From assembly GCA_964016885.1 (NCBI GenBank), contig OZ024743.1, forward strand, positions 56,482,001-56,546,000: a DNA stretch of 64,000 nt, in the 5' to 3' direction. Position 1 is the stretch's first letter, and each line of letters starts with the position of its first letter. Position numbers and translations under genes: made by a program. Shown here one piece after another: positions 30,856 through 44,422 of the stretch. The notes under the pieces are model-generated. The model saw only the letters and a program-made list of their open reading frames with translations, did no database searches and was not told the origin of the DNA. Source of the DNA: Eledone cirrhosa (taxonomy: Eukaryota).

Positions 30856-33800
30856 ATCATCATCATCATCAACGTTTAACGTCCGTGTTCCACGCTTGCA
30901 TGGGTTTGGACGGGGGTAGTCCCACTTGAGGCAAGAGTGATTGTCTTGCTCGCATAGGACTGTCTGGCAGGTTTTCTACAGTTGGATGCCCTTCCTAACA
31001 CCAACCACATTTACAGTGTGGGTCTGGGAGGTTTTTACCGTGTTGCCTACACGGCCACATTACAGCGTGGACTGTGTGTTTTTTTGTCGTGACACCTACA
31101 CGATCTCATTTGTTTCGGCCTGGATGGCGCGGCACCAACATAACTTTACATAGAACGGGGTGGTGTGGATGGGGTGGGGGTGGTGGCGGGACGGGGTGTA
31201 TTTTGTTAGAGATGCCTACTGGCAAGGCGGGTCTTCTCTGTTACTGAGTACCGCCAAAGGTCTCGGTCCAGTGACATTGTCTTGGAGAGGTGTAAGTGTG
31301 TGAGGTCGGAGTTTATCAACTCATCCCATGTTTTTCTAGGTCTGCCTATTCCGTGGCTACCGTCTATCTTTATTGCCCTGCACTTTGTTATACAGCTATC
31401 GACTTTCATGCGCATCACGTGTCCATACCAACGCAGCCTTCTCTCGAGTAAACAACATCTGATCCCTCTTATCTCTAATTTTTTCCTTAGTTCGTTTATG
31501 CTTTGCCGTTCACGTATATTACTGTTACACATCCAGCGGAGCATGCAAGCTTCGTTCCTCTCTAGTCTGCGTATATCCTCTGCACACAATGCCCAGGTCT
31601 CACTACCATGCAACATTGCTGTTCGTATGCAGGCATCGTACAACCTGCCTTTCATTTTTAGGGAGAACCCTTTAGCAGCTAATAGTGGTATAAGCTCTCT
31701 GAACTTTTTCCAACCAGTTCTGACTCTAGCTACAGTACTTTCAGAGCACCCTCCCCCACTGCTGATTTTATCGCCCAGGTAACGGAAGCTGTCCACTATT
31801 TCTATAGAACCCTCTGCGCAATTGAAAGAGCTAGTATTTTGTGGGCACTTGCTGCTACTTATTGCACCAGAACACCGGCCACATGTAAAATCTATGTTCT
31901 TAGTTAGCTTACCTGTGATCCCACTACATCTTTTATGCACCCATACTTTGCATTTAGGACATAAAATGGAGTTTCTACCTACGCCTTTCCTACACACCGA
32001 GCACGACCATTTCCCAGAAGGGACCGCCGCCTTGTTTTCTTTCCTACAAACTAGAACTTTGGTCTTAGCCAGGTTAATTTTAAGTCCTTTTGACTCTAGG
32101 CCATGCTTCCATGTTTGGAATTTCTTCTCTAGCTCGGCCATTGATTCCGCTATGAGTGTCAGGTCGTCTGCGTATAGGAGTTCCCATGGGCAGCCTGTCT
32201 TGAACTCCTCTGTTATAGCCTGAAGGGCAATAATAAATAGTAGGGGGCTGAGAACAGAGCCCTGATGGACGCCAACTTTTACGCTAAACTCTTCACTATA
32301 TTCGTTGTTAATTCTAACCTTGCTGACTGTTTCTTTATACATGGCTTGTATAGCCCTCACAAGCCATTCGTCAACGCCTAGTTTTCTAAGAGCCCACCAG
32401 ATAATGGAGCGGGGGACTCTGTCGAAGGCTTTCTCCAGGTCGACAAAAGCTAAGTAGAGGGGTTTACCTTTAGCTAGGTACTTCTCCTGTAGTTGTCGTA
32501 CTATGAAAAGAGCGTCTGTGGTGCTTTTGCCTGACACAAACCCGAACTGCATTTCATCTAGGTCAATTCTCTCTCTGATTAGTTGCGCTATTACTTTTTC
32601 CGTGACCTTCATGACCTGGTCGATTAATTTAATGCCTCTATAGTTACTCCTATCTAGGGCGTCTCCTTTACCCTTATAACAGTTAACGATGATGCTGCTA
32701 TGCCAGTCCTTCGGAACAACCCCATTCTGTACGACTTGGTTAACTATGCGGGTGACCATGGTGTGTCCCACCGTGCCAGATGCCTTCAGCATCTCAGCAA
32801 CTATTTCCGAAGGCCCAGCCGCCTTACCCGTCTTCATATCCTTGATTGCCTTACTTATTATACTCCCCTCGACTAACACTGCTGGTCCCTCTATCGGGTC
32901 GATATGGGGGAGACTGTCTTTCTCCCATTTATTCTCCTCATTTAGTAGCCTTTCATAGTGACACTTCCAGGCTACCTTCTTATCAGTGTCGGTGATGGCA
33001 AGTATGCCATCATCGTTAAGTACACACTTCTCCCCGACAATATCACGGTTTTCCTTGACGCATTGCCTGGCAATCCTGAACACCTCACGTTTTTGGTCAT
33101 CGCGTTGTAGAACATGCTTGAACTTTCTTTCCTCAGCTTCCCTTCTTGCTAAGTACACTTCTCTCCTAGCTTCCCTCCTGGCCACTTGATAGTCTACTCT
33201 ACTTCCCCCATCCCGCCATACTTTCCAAGCCTGCTTTTTGGCCTTAATTGACCCCTCCACCCTACTGTTCCACCACCATGTTACTCTCCTCCTGCCTACA
33301 GGCCTGCTCCAGCAGCAGGTTTGCTTTCAGAAATTCCCACTGTCCCTCTATATTGTCCGATTCTAGATGCTCTTCCTTACTGTCGAAAGCATCAAGTAAT
33401 ATGCTTTGAAATTTATTTCTGGCTGTGGGGTCCTTTAGTTTCCATATTTTCCTCCTGAGGATAGTCCTCTTCTGCTGTCGAGTACGTCTCGTCCTGACTA
33501 TGAGGTCGCTAATTATCAGTCTATGTTGGGAGGTGCATTCTTCATGGGGGAGGGATTTAGTGTTTACAACAGACACTTTGTCACGTCTTCTGGTAAGGAT
33601 ATAATCTACCTAGCTTGTGTGTTCCCCGGATCTATAGGTGATCAGGTGATTGTCACGTTTTTTGAAGTTAGTGTTACAGATAGTTAGGTTATTTGCATCA
33701 CAGAATTCCAGGATTCTGGAGCCTTCCTCATTTCTAGTACCAAACCCATAGCCTCCATGGATTTCGTCGTAGCCGTCACAATGTTGTCCAACGTGACCAT

Positions 33801-34197
33801 TTAGGTCGCCTGCAATAATTATATAGTCACTGTCAGATATTTGGGAGGTAGTTAGCAACAGTGTCTCATAGAATCTGTCTTTTATAGTGCCGGGCAGTCC
33901 GGATTGGGGTGCGTACGCAGATATTACTGTCACCGTAGTTCTATTGAGGACAAGTCTTATTTTAATTATTCTGTCGTTCACTCTATTTACGTCTATTATC
34001 TTATCTGCCCACTTTTCTGCTACCATGATTCCTACTCCACCCAGCCCATCGTCGTTTCCCACCCAGAAAAGCTTATAACATCGTTTTTTACCCTCAATGA
34101 ATCTAGCAGACCCACCCCTCCACCTGGTCTCTTGAATACAACAAACATCGACCTCCTTACGTTCAAGCATTTCTACAATCTCGTTAGCGCGACCCTT
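30856..34197 (-). mobile_element. RTE LINE, copy D (A/E family), slightly 5'-truncated and disrupted
   Basis: ORF 31206-33260 (684 aa RT) plus APE fragments 33262-34197. (GAT)n tail. Confidence 0.92.
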
Positions 34198-34214
34198 ATA
34201 TAAAATGGCTGTAA

Positions 34215-34575
34215 ACTCCTCTCTGAGCATTGAAAACACTACCCGAAAAGTAGAACTGGGCAATATCATCGGATGCTTCTGAAGCTACAGGTTTTTTTTT
34301 TCAGAGTTTCCCTCTCCTAGAAAGGTGTTGTGACAACAACTGGGGGCCTTTCACTCCCAGGCGTAAAAAAAAAAAGTGCTATTTGGATGGCCGTTGACTC
34401 TGCTGAATACCTTCGCCCTTTGCCGGGTCTTGTATTTCATCCCTCAGGGTGTCCAAATATCACCCTCCTCACCACGCAAGCTTGGTGGGGTTGCTGGTTT
34501 AGTCACTGATGACCCGACCACGAGACAGGTTGTACTGGGTTACATGTTACCAGTAGCACTTGAGAGCGACCTGAC
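34215..34575 (-). mobile_element. Diverged fragment of the non-autonomous RTE-related element
   Basis: Aligns by eye with 22650-22973, including the terminal gacctgac. Confidence 0.7.
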
Positions 34576-34688
34576 ATATACATATATATATACATTTATA
34601 TATACATATATATATATATACATACATATATATATACATACATATATATACATTTATATATATACATATATATATACATACATATACA

Positions 34689-35929
34689 TACTCTTACTCT
34701 TTTACCTATTCCAGCCATCCATCTGAGGCCATGCTGGAGCACTGCCCTTGTAGGTACACATTCTATCTCCAGCCTGTGTTGGCTGGCCATTGGTGTAAAA
34801 GGGAGTACTTTGCTGCTGCCCTCAAGTTACCTTTGTACCGTGCTGTGGGCTCATCCGGGATCCTGGATAGCAGGGCGTCAGGATGTTTCTTGAAAACATC
34901 CACGTCCACACCATGCAGATCTCACAAATTTCTTGGCAGTTTGTTGAGGAGTTGTGGGCCTTTGAACCCCAGGCTATTGCAATATTTGCTCCTTATTCTA
35001 GATGTGAAAGATGGGACCTTTGGCACCACACAGTGACATCCTGTTCGGGTGTTGGTCCAGCTCTCAATGCCAAAGTTTGCTGCTAGTCCCTCCAAGATTT
35101 TCCATATGTATATTAATGTGTATCTCTCCCATCTTTGTCCTAAAGGTTAAGAGTTTCAGTTCTTTTAACTTTTCCCAATAGCTCATCTCCTTCATCGTGG
35201 CAATCCTCTTGGTTTAGCTTTGTTGGATTGCCTCAAGCTCCCTGGTTAGTTTGTTACTATGGGGTGACCACAGGTGGAAGCAGAAGTCCAGGTGGCTTAG
35301 GACAAATGTCCTCCATAGTATCAACATGGTCTCTCGGTCTCTTGTCTGGCAAGTCCTCAAGATCCAGCCAGCGAGTCGTCTGCACATTGTTGCCACCCTC
35401 ATGATGTGTGAAGAAAAAGATGCATCATCGCTCATGTCTATCCCCAGGTCTCGTATCGATTTCGACATGGGGATTTTGATCCCTCCTAGTCCGGTGTAGC
35501 TGTGTTGTATTGTCTTTGTGTTTTCAGGTTGGTATTGGAGGGCTTGAAATTTTCCAGCATTAAACTGCATGTTGTTGTCCTCAGCCTATTTGTATATGGT
35601 ATCCAGATCTTGTTGTAGAAGGGCAGCATCAGCCAGGTTTTTGATTTCCTGTGCTACCTTTGTGTCATCAGCATAGCTAGTGAGGGATGTTGTATGTACT
35701 AGAGGACATGTCTGAGAGAGCCACCAAAAACAGTAGTGGTCCCAAAACTGTGCCCTGGGGCACCCCACTTGTTATTGGTGTTTCCTTGGAGAGGGCGCCA
35801 TTGACTGCAACTGTGTGGCTTCTATTTTTTAAGAAATCATGCAACCACTCACCTACTTTTCCAGTTATGCCGAGTCTGTGTAGTTTGTGACATATTCCAT
35901 GGCCGACCTTGTCAAAGACCTTCGCAAAG
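34689..35929 (-). mobile_element. Degenerate 5'-truncated CR1-group LINE (family of 1004-2535)
   Basis: [13 protein letters not shown]...[11 protein letters not shown] and YADDTKV are shared with the 1002-2456 ORF, and the tail is the same. Confidence 0.9.
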
Positions 35930-35945
35930 CATTGTTGAACAGGAT

Positions 35946-37491
35946 ATATAAATTTAAATAATTTTAAAAGGCATACAATGCATTAAAAAATTAAAGGTGC
36001 CAAGATAACAATAGAATCTTACCATAGCAAATTTAATAATCCCAAATATTTTTAGGTTTAAAAACCCATTACAAGGGAGTATCCTTGTGAGGGTCTTTAA
36101 GGATCGATCGGAGATGTGTTGTTAGGAAGGTAGAAGTTAAATGTAATGAAAAGACGTTAAAATTTCAAGCGTGCACATTGCGAAATGTGTGGGGAAAAGT
36201 ATATGATATATGCATGTGTGTGTGAGAATGTAAGTGAGCTTAATGGTAGATGTATGTATGTGTGTGTGTGTGTGCATGAGTGTAGGTACATAGCGAAAGG
36301 TGTGTGCGAATTTATATATGATATAAGGGAAAAAATATGTGTGTGATATATGTATGTGTCGATGACGTAGATTTAATTTGAGTGATGTATGTATGTGTGT
36401 GCATGAGAGTAAGTTTATGTAGAGAAAGGCGTGTATATATATATGTATATATATGATAAATGTATGATATATGTATGTGTGAGTGTGAGTCTAAGTATGT
36501 TTGCTTAGTGAGGACGTAGATTTAATTTGAAAGAAAGAATGAACGGGCCACTGGGATGCTGGAATGGTGGCATAACTGTGTTGGATATTTTAAATTAGCC
36601 ATTCAGGTGCACTTCTTACCATTCGATTATTGATCCTAAGTTTTAATTGCTTGATCAAGAGGGATTCCTTAATTCTCAGTGTGCCTATACTGCGTTCGGC
36701 AGCTAAAACTATGGTGGTAATGTTGTTGTCCCGGTTTCTGCATTTGATGATGTAACGGTCGAATAGGGCTGCCAATGTAGAATAGATTGTACTTGTGACA
36801 TTCTAGCCTGTATACTACGTAGGTACGTAGGCAGCAATTAGTGTTGTGGATAGGGCAATTGGCTAGGATGCATCCATCATTCTCATTGGGGGGTTGCCTT
36901 GTGGAGAGGCATCTTCACAGGGAAGGTCCAGAGTAAGCTAATTTGATATTGAGGCCCTCTCTTCTGATGGCTTTGCATATGGTCTTGGTGGTTTCTTCGC
37001 TGAGATGTGGGATCTTGAAGAAGCAACTGTTGTTTGTGTTGGTCCGGTCTCTGGGTCTGGGGTTTCATCGTGGAGTGGAGAAGGAAGCTTGGTAGCCATT
37101 AATCTCTAACACCCTGTGGAATTGTCTGATATGGGTGGCTCTATTAGTAGTGTTGCTGCATCGGTTGCATATGCAAGCCATTTCATTGAAGATGTACCCT
37201 CTTTTAGAGCTGTTGGGGAGGGCAGATTTGCAGAGCTGCTGGCCCCTTTGAGGTAGAAATCAGTGTGGATTTCACCACAATCAGAGATGTTCAGTCTGAA
37301 ATCAAGTATAGCAAGGGACCCGGAGTGGGAGGGATGTTCAATGCTGAATTTGATGTTATTGTCAGCATTGTTGAAAGATTCCAAATTCTTGTTGGCCCGC
37401 TCCAATTTGCTAAAGTAAGATTCTATTGTTATCTTGCCAGCTTTAATTTTCTAATGCATTGTATGGCTTTTAAAATTATTTAAATTTATAT
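35946..37491 (-). mobile_element. Degenerate 5'-truncated Penelope-like element with ~88-bp inverted ends
   Basis: FNNADNNIKFSIEH...LDF (RT thumb, 37106-37405); VVYRLEC and IKESLLIKQLKLRIN (GIY-YIG, ~36590-36830); inverted repeat 35946-36033/37404-37491. Confidence 0.75.
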
Positions 37492-37502
37492 ATATACATA
37501 TG

Positions 37503-37554
<52 letters not shown>

Positions 37555-37633
37555 TATATGTATGTATATATACATATATATATGTATATATACATACATA
37601 TACATATATATATATACATACATATATATATAT

Positions 37634-38884
37634 TATAATAATAATAATGAAATTATTGTGTAAAGTGCTCAGGTGCACTACAACTCGTCAAAGGTGCATG
37701 TATAGTACATAGAATAATATACAAATGTCAAGGAAGTGAATAGTGTATGAGTCATGATATACATGTGTGTATGTGTATGGAGGGGGAACATTAGGTGTAG
37801 TGTTGCCGAATCTCGGGAAGCATGGAGGTTTTAAAGGATGCAGTGTCTCGACAGCTAAGAACTGATGCAGGTAGTTTGTTCCATGCTTCAGCAACTCTGA
37901 GCGTGAAAAAATGTTTCCGAAAGTCATGGGAGCTGTGCTGTTTTCTGACTTTGTGGGCATGCCCACATGTGTTAGACACATGGAAATCAAAAAGGTACTC
38001 AGGGTTGTTGTTGGCAAGATGGTTAACAATTTTGTGGGTGTTTACCAAGTCAGTTGCCAGGCGTCGGAGCTTCAATGTATCCATGCCCAGGGAAGCAAGG
38101 CATTCAGAGTATGTTAGATGCCTGATGGAGGGTATTCGCTTGGTTGCACGTCTCTGAACAGTTTCCAGGCGGTCAATGTTCTGAGCAAGAACAGACTGGT
38201 GTTGCAAATTCTAAGTGTGGCCGCACCATAGCCATGTACAGCCTTAAATAGATAGCTGAAGAGCGGCTGACAAAAGTCTTGCTGAGTGATGCTAAGACAC
38301 CCTCGGCCCTCTTGACAATTTTAGAGACGTGCTTCGTCCAATGCAAATCGCTGCTGACCGTAATGCCCAGGTCACGTTCACAAGAAGACTTCTTGATATT
38401 AGTGCTGTGGAGGGAGTATGTAGACGCTGGGTTTTTACTCCCAAAATGCATGGTGGTGCACTTGTCCACAGCTAGCTCGAGTTGCCAGTCTGAGATCCAT
38501 TGTTGCATTGTGTCCAGGTCAGACTGCAAGCAAGATCTATAGTGTTCAGGATCTGTCCTTTTTATCTCAAGGTACAGCTTGATGTCATCTGCGTACTTTA
38601 GTACTGTGGCATTCTTTAAGTTGGCATCTATGTTATTAATATATGCCACAAATAAAAGGGGGCCAAGAACAGATCCCTATGGTACACCAGATGACATCTC
38701 ATATGGTGAGGAATGCTGTCCCAGAACCGTGACTACTTCTCTTCGACTGAGAATGAAGGACTTCAACCAGTTAAAAAGATCATCCTTCACACCCATTGCA
38801 GAGAGTTTTTCCATAAGCCTTTTGTGTGGCACAGAATTGAAGGCTTTCGCAAAGTCAAGGTAAACAACATCCACCCATGAGCCA
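37634..38884 (-). mobile_element. 5'-truncated CR1-group LINE (second family)
   Basis: [36 protein letters not shown]; (TTA)n tail. Confidence 0.9.
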
Positions 38885-38902
38885 TATGTATATACATACA
38901 TG

Positions 38903-38941
<39 letters not shown>

Positions 38942-39075
38942 ACATATATATACATACATTCATATATATATACATACATATATATATACATACATATATA
39001 TATACATACATATATATATACATACATATATATATATATATACATACATATATATATACATACATATATATATAC

Positions 39076-39664
39076 ATGGTGGCTGCCAACTCGTTTTCGA
39101 GTACGGCCACTACTTTATATCCATGTAGGAGAACCCCTACCGATGCGCTGAACGAGTGTGACTTTTAGTCCAGCCAGCGACTTGAAAACTCTGGCACAAA
39201 CACTACACTTGTGACAATTACTGACACATAGTGCTGGGCCCATGGTACCATGTGAGGACAAGTGCAGAGAGATCTCCAGATATAAAGCAATGCCTGTGCC
39301 GTGAAGCTTTTATAGTGAGCAAAGGCACTGCACAAAGCCAGTCCCACTCTCTTGACCAAGATGATATTTACCAAAAAGAAGAACAAGTCAACATCATTGG
39401 ATACCATCAGGGCTGCAGGTGTTATATCAGAGTTTTCCTTCTCCTAGAATTCTGCCTTGACAAAGGCTAAGGGGTCATCACTCCCGGTGATTTTGGATGG
39501 CCATTGACTCTTAAGAGCTCCTTTGCCCTTTGACAGGTTTTGTTTTTAGTCCTGCAGGATGTCCAAAGTCACCCTCCTCACCAAGAAACCTTGGTGGGGT
39601 TGCCAGTTTAGTCGCCAACGACCCGACCATGAGACAGGTTGTACTGGGATACATGTTACCAGTA
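39076..39664 (-). mobile_element. Non-autonomous RTE-related element, copy 2
   Basis: Near-identical to 22364-22973. Confidence 0.8.
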
Positions 39665-39683
39665 TATATACATACATATATAT

Positions 39684-39865
39684 ATCATCATCATCATCAT
39701 CATCAGGTTTAGCGTCCGTGTTCCACGCTTGCATGGGTTTGGACGGGGGTTTTCCCACTTGAGGCAAGAGTGGTTGTCTTGCTCGCATAGGACTGTCTGG
39801 CGGGTTTTCTACAGTTGGATGCCCTTCCTAACACCAACCACATTTACAGTGTGGGGCTGGGAGGT
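39684..39865 (-). mobile_element. 3'-terminal fragment of the RTE E family
   Basis: Matches 54737-54920. Confidence 0.85.
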
Positions 39866-39932
39866 ACATATATATATGTTACCATATATATACATACATA
39901 TATATATACATACATATATATATATACATACA

Positions 39933-40000
<68 letters not shown>

Positions 40001-40005
40001 TATAC

Positions 40006-40042
<37 letters not shown>

Positions 40043-40100
40043 CATGATGGCTGCCCCCTCGTTATCGAGTATGGCCATTGCACGAGAAAAAAAAAAAATG

Positions 40101-40136
<36 letters not shown>

Positions 40137-40140
<4 letters not shown>

Positions 40141-40479
40141 TCATTCATCATTTCATTTTACGTCCGCTTTTTCCCTGCTTGCAGGGGTGGGACGGGAACT
40201 GATTTTGGCTTGATTTCTACAGCTGGATGCCCTTCCTAACACCAACCTCATTTACAATGAGTGCTGGGTGCTTTTTTGCCGTGGCACCGCCACAACCACT
40301 TTGCAGTGGAATGATATAGACCCCAGTCCCTATCATCTCATTTCTACAGCTGAGTAAACTGGAACAATGTGAAATAAAGTGTCTTGCTCAAGGAAACAAC
40401 ACATCACCCGGTCTGAGAATTGAACTCACAACCTTTCGATTGCAAGGCCAATGCTCTAACCACTAAGCCACGTGCCTCC
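40137..40479 (-). mobile_element. tRNA-derived SINE
   Basis: Reverse-complement homologue of 28747-29095. Confidence 0.9.
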
Positions 40480-40606
40480 ATATATATTAATAACAATAAT
40501 TATAATAATAACAACAACAATAATGACAACAACAACAATAATAATATACATATATATATACACACACACGCACACACATAAACATATCTATACACACACA
40601 CACACA

Positions 40607-43600
40607 ATAGCAACTAACAGCGCTGCGATCGAATGTGGCTTTTTAGCCCAGCCAATGATCTAAAATGTCTTGCACAGAGTCGGCAACCAAAACATTCACT
40701 GGGAATAGCCGGCTGTGGTTGGAGTTCATGTACTTCTTGCTGATTTACATTCTCTACCACATGCTTGGTAGTCAACCACTGGTCTTACTTTATGACTGCG
40801 AAGATGACTTTCGAGTCCAGCTTTGCTTAGGCAGAGTCTTGCACATACGCTGCATGTCAGCACCATAGGAGGACCCTCTCCGTCTGGAAGTGCAACAGCA
40901 ATGCCCTTCCTCACATCCCGCTTTACTTTCTCGTATGCGATTCGAGATGCCTCAAAGGCAACTTTTCCCTCATATACAGTCTTTCTCCATTTATTACGAT
41001 CAGCAGCAATATTTTCCCATGTATCAGCAGAGATGTTAGCGTCTTTCAAAGAGGCTTTCAAGGAATCCTTATACCTCTTTTTATGTGGCGGTCGTTTTCC
41101 TTTAACTAACTCTCCATAAAAGAGTTGTTTTGGTATTCTAGAATCCTTCATCCTGGCAAGGTGACCACTCCAACAGAGTCGTTGCTTAAGCACAAGAGCT
41201 ACTATACTGTCACACATAGAGCTTTCCAAAATCTCGATATCACTGATGTGGTCCCTCCAGTGAACGCCATGGATCCGTCTGAGACAAATCTGATGGAAAC
41301 GCTCCAATTGCTTAAGGTGGTGTCAATATGAGACCCAGGTCTCGCAGGCATAAAGAAGAGAAGAGAGCACACATGCCCTGTACACCTTTACCTTTGTCTT
41401 CTTGCATATGTCTCGCCAACTCCAGAGTCGCCTTTCTAGTTTTCCGAAAGCATCAATTGCTTTCCTATTCCTTAGTGAGATTTCACTATCAAGGTTGCTG
41501 TATCGATTGACAGTGCTTCCCAGGTAGACAAACTGATCAACCACTCCAAGTCGTTTACCATACACATAGATATTTGGTTCACTGTACTGCTTACCAGGGG
41601 CAGGTTGGTACATGATGACGGTTTTCTTGAGACTGACAGTCAATCCTAGGGCAGTGCAAGCGTCAGAAAATGCATTCAAAATGTGCTGCATATCACTCTC
41701 TGTGTGCGCTACAAGATTGCAATCATCTGCATACAAGAGGTCTCTTATGATTGATGTAAATACTTTTGTCTTTGCAGCAAAGCGCCTGATGTTAAATATG
41801 CTGCCTGAAGTTCGATATCGGATGTAAACACCATGCTCGCAATTCCTGAATGCAATACAGAAAACCATTGCAAATAATATGGCAAACAGGGTCGGTGCTG
41901 GAATATCCCCCTGTTTCACTCCATTTTTTACTGAGATAGGCTCCGACATGTCACCTCTGACATTAACCCAAGCCTTCATGTCGTCATGGAAAGACCTAAC
42001 TAAAGCAAGGAACTTATCAGAGCAACCAAGTTTCTGGAGAACCTTCCATAATGCATTTCTGTTAACAGTATCGAAAGCTTTTGTCAGATCGACAAAAACC
42101 TGATAGAGATCCAAACCTTGTTCCATGCACTTCTCTTGGAGCTGTCTAGCTGAGAAGATCATATCAGTAGTGCCACGTCCAGCACGAAAACCAGATTGAC
42201 TTTCAGGAAGAACACAATCTGCAATGTGTGTCAGCAGACGGTCCAGAAGCACCCTACATAAAACTTTCCCTACAACAGAAAGCAATGATATACCTCTGTA
42301 GTTCCCACAATCATTCCTGTTACCCTTTCCCTTGTACAAAACCACCATTACTGCATCTCTCCAGTCTTCAGGTACGACTTCATTAGCCCATATCCTGCCA
42401 AACAAAGAGTGAAGATGTTGCAGGAGTCTCTCACCATCATATTGTAGGAGCTCAGCATGTATGCCATCCATACCTGGAAACCTTCCACTGTTCAGCTTCG
42501 AGATAGCCCCTGCAACCTCCACAAGCGTCGGAGGTTCTGTGAGAGCTACTTTCACAGGACTTTCTGGAATGAGATTGAGGAAATCTTCACTGACGACAGA
42601 CGGCTGATTCAAAAGATCATCAAAGTGCTCTCACCACCTTCGTAGAATTCCTTGTGAGTCACGAAGAAGTTCTTTGCCATCCTTGCTGCGAAGTGGTGTC
42701 ACCAGAGAAGAAGACGGTCCATAAACCTCACGCAAGAGACTGTACAACAGCTTTGTGTTATTGGAATCTGACGCAGTTTGTATCTTACCAGCCTTCTCAC
42801 TCCACCACTGATCCTTCATCTGAGAAAGACTCCGCCTAACACGTGATTTTACATCCTTGAGTTCCTCATGCAACATATTCCTCTCCTGTGGTTTTGCCGT
42901 CAAGTAGCGTGACAGAGCACGCCTCTTATCAGCCAACAAGTCTTCTATATGTACATCATTCTCATTAAACCAGTCCTGATGTTTTCTCTGCTCCAATCCC
43001 AGAACACGCCTGCCTACATCATAAACCGACTTTTTAAGGGTCAGCCAATCCTCACCAAGATCTGCAACCTGCATCTCTTCTTCCAATGTCCTCTTCACAT
43101 TTTTATCCTTAAGACAAGCAGCATTCAATCTTTTGGGCAGGGCAACACCAGGAGCCCGGATTTTACGTTTAGTGATTAGTTTCACTTTTGTGCGTACCAG
43201 GCGGTGTTCCGTACAGCACTCAGCTCCACGAAGAGCATGAACACACTGCACATCCTGTCTGTCACATATCCTGACTAGGATGTAGTCCAAAAGATGCCAT
43301 TCCTTAGATGCAGGATGCATCCATGTGGTCTTGAATTTGTTCTTTTGTTGGAACATGGTGTTGGTAACACACAGATCCAGCTCCTCACACACCTGCAGCA
43401 GGAGCATACCATTGTTGTTACACTTTCCCACCCCATGCCTTCCGATTACATTCCATGTATTAAAATCCCTACCCACTCTAGCATTAAAGTCACCAAGCAC
43501 GATGACTTTGTCTGCCTGAGGGATATTTCTTAAAACACCTTTCAAGGCATGGTAAAAGGACACTTTTTCTTCATCGACAGAATTCATAGTTGGAGCATAC

Positions 43601-44030
43601 ACACTCACCAGGGTCGCATATCTTCCATTGTCCAGCGGAATTCTCATGGACGTAAGACGCTCACTAATCCCTACTGGGAATTCTTCTAATTTATTCACAA
43701 GAACAGTCTTAACAGCAAATCCTACCCCATCCTCTCTTCTGGTTCCTTCATCTCTTCCTTTCCAGAAGAATGTATATTCTCCACAAAATTCCGTAAGATG
43801 ACCATCTCCAGCTAACCTCGTCTCAGATAAAGCCACGATGTCAAGATCATAACGTCGAAGCTCCTTTGCAACAAGAGCGGTCCTTCGTTCAGGACGCTCC
43901 AAGGAATCCCTGTCAAGCAGCGTCCGTACGTTCCAGCAGCCAAGACTAAATGCCTTGTTTGGCTCTATTACAATGGCACAATGACGAGCGGGCCCAGGCT
44001 GTGATAACCTGGGGCCCCTGCCCTTATTGC
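40607..44030 (-). mobile_element. RTE LINE of a different (BovB/RTE-1-like) family, disrupted, with C-terminal C2H2 fingers
   Basis: WNVRTL, LSETR, GDFNA, LDYI (42631-44000); DLTKAFD, GVKQG, YADD (41323-42612); WSGHLARM and CSVCARLCLSKAGLESHLRSH (40726-41307). Confidence 0.92.
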
Positions 44031-44422
44031 CAATTATCTTTTTTTTTCCGGAACCTAAATTGCCAATTATCTCTTTTATATTGTTCTGGAACATCATTGA
44101 ATTGAGGGAAAAAAAAAAAAAAAGTAATAATAATAGTAACAATAATAATAATAATAATAATAATACACTATTAATAATTATTAATTAATGTTTTCTTTAT
44201 TAACCACAAGGGTTCACATAAAGTAGACATTAAGGACAGTACAGGACGGTACAAATGGGCATTTCTGCGTGTAAAAAAACAGAGGTTGAAATAAAATAAC
44301 AAAGAAAAATTCCCCAATAGGGGGGAGACTTCCAAGGGACATTTGTGGAGAAAGCCCATTAAAAGACCACAGTGGCCCTGACCACCAGGGCAAGTGCCCT
44401 CTCCCAGTTTTCCACCTTTAAT

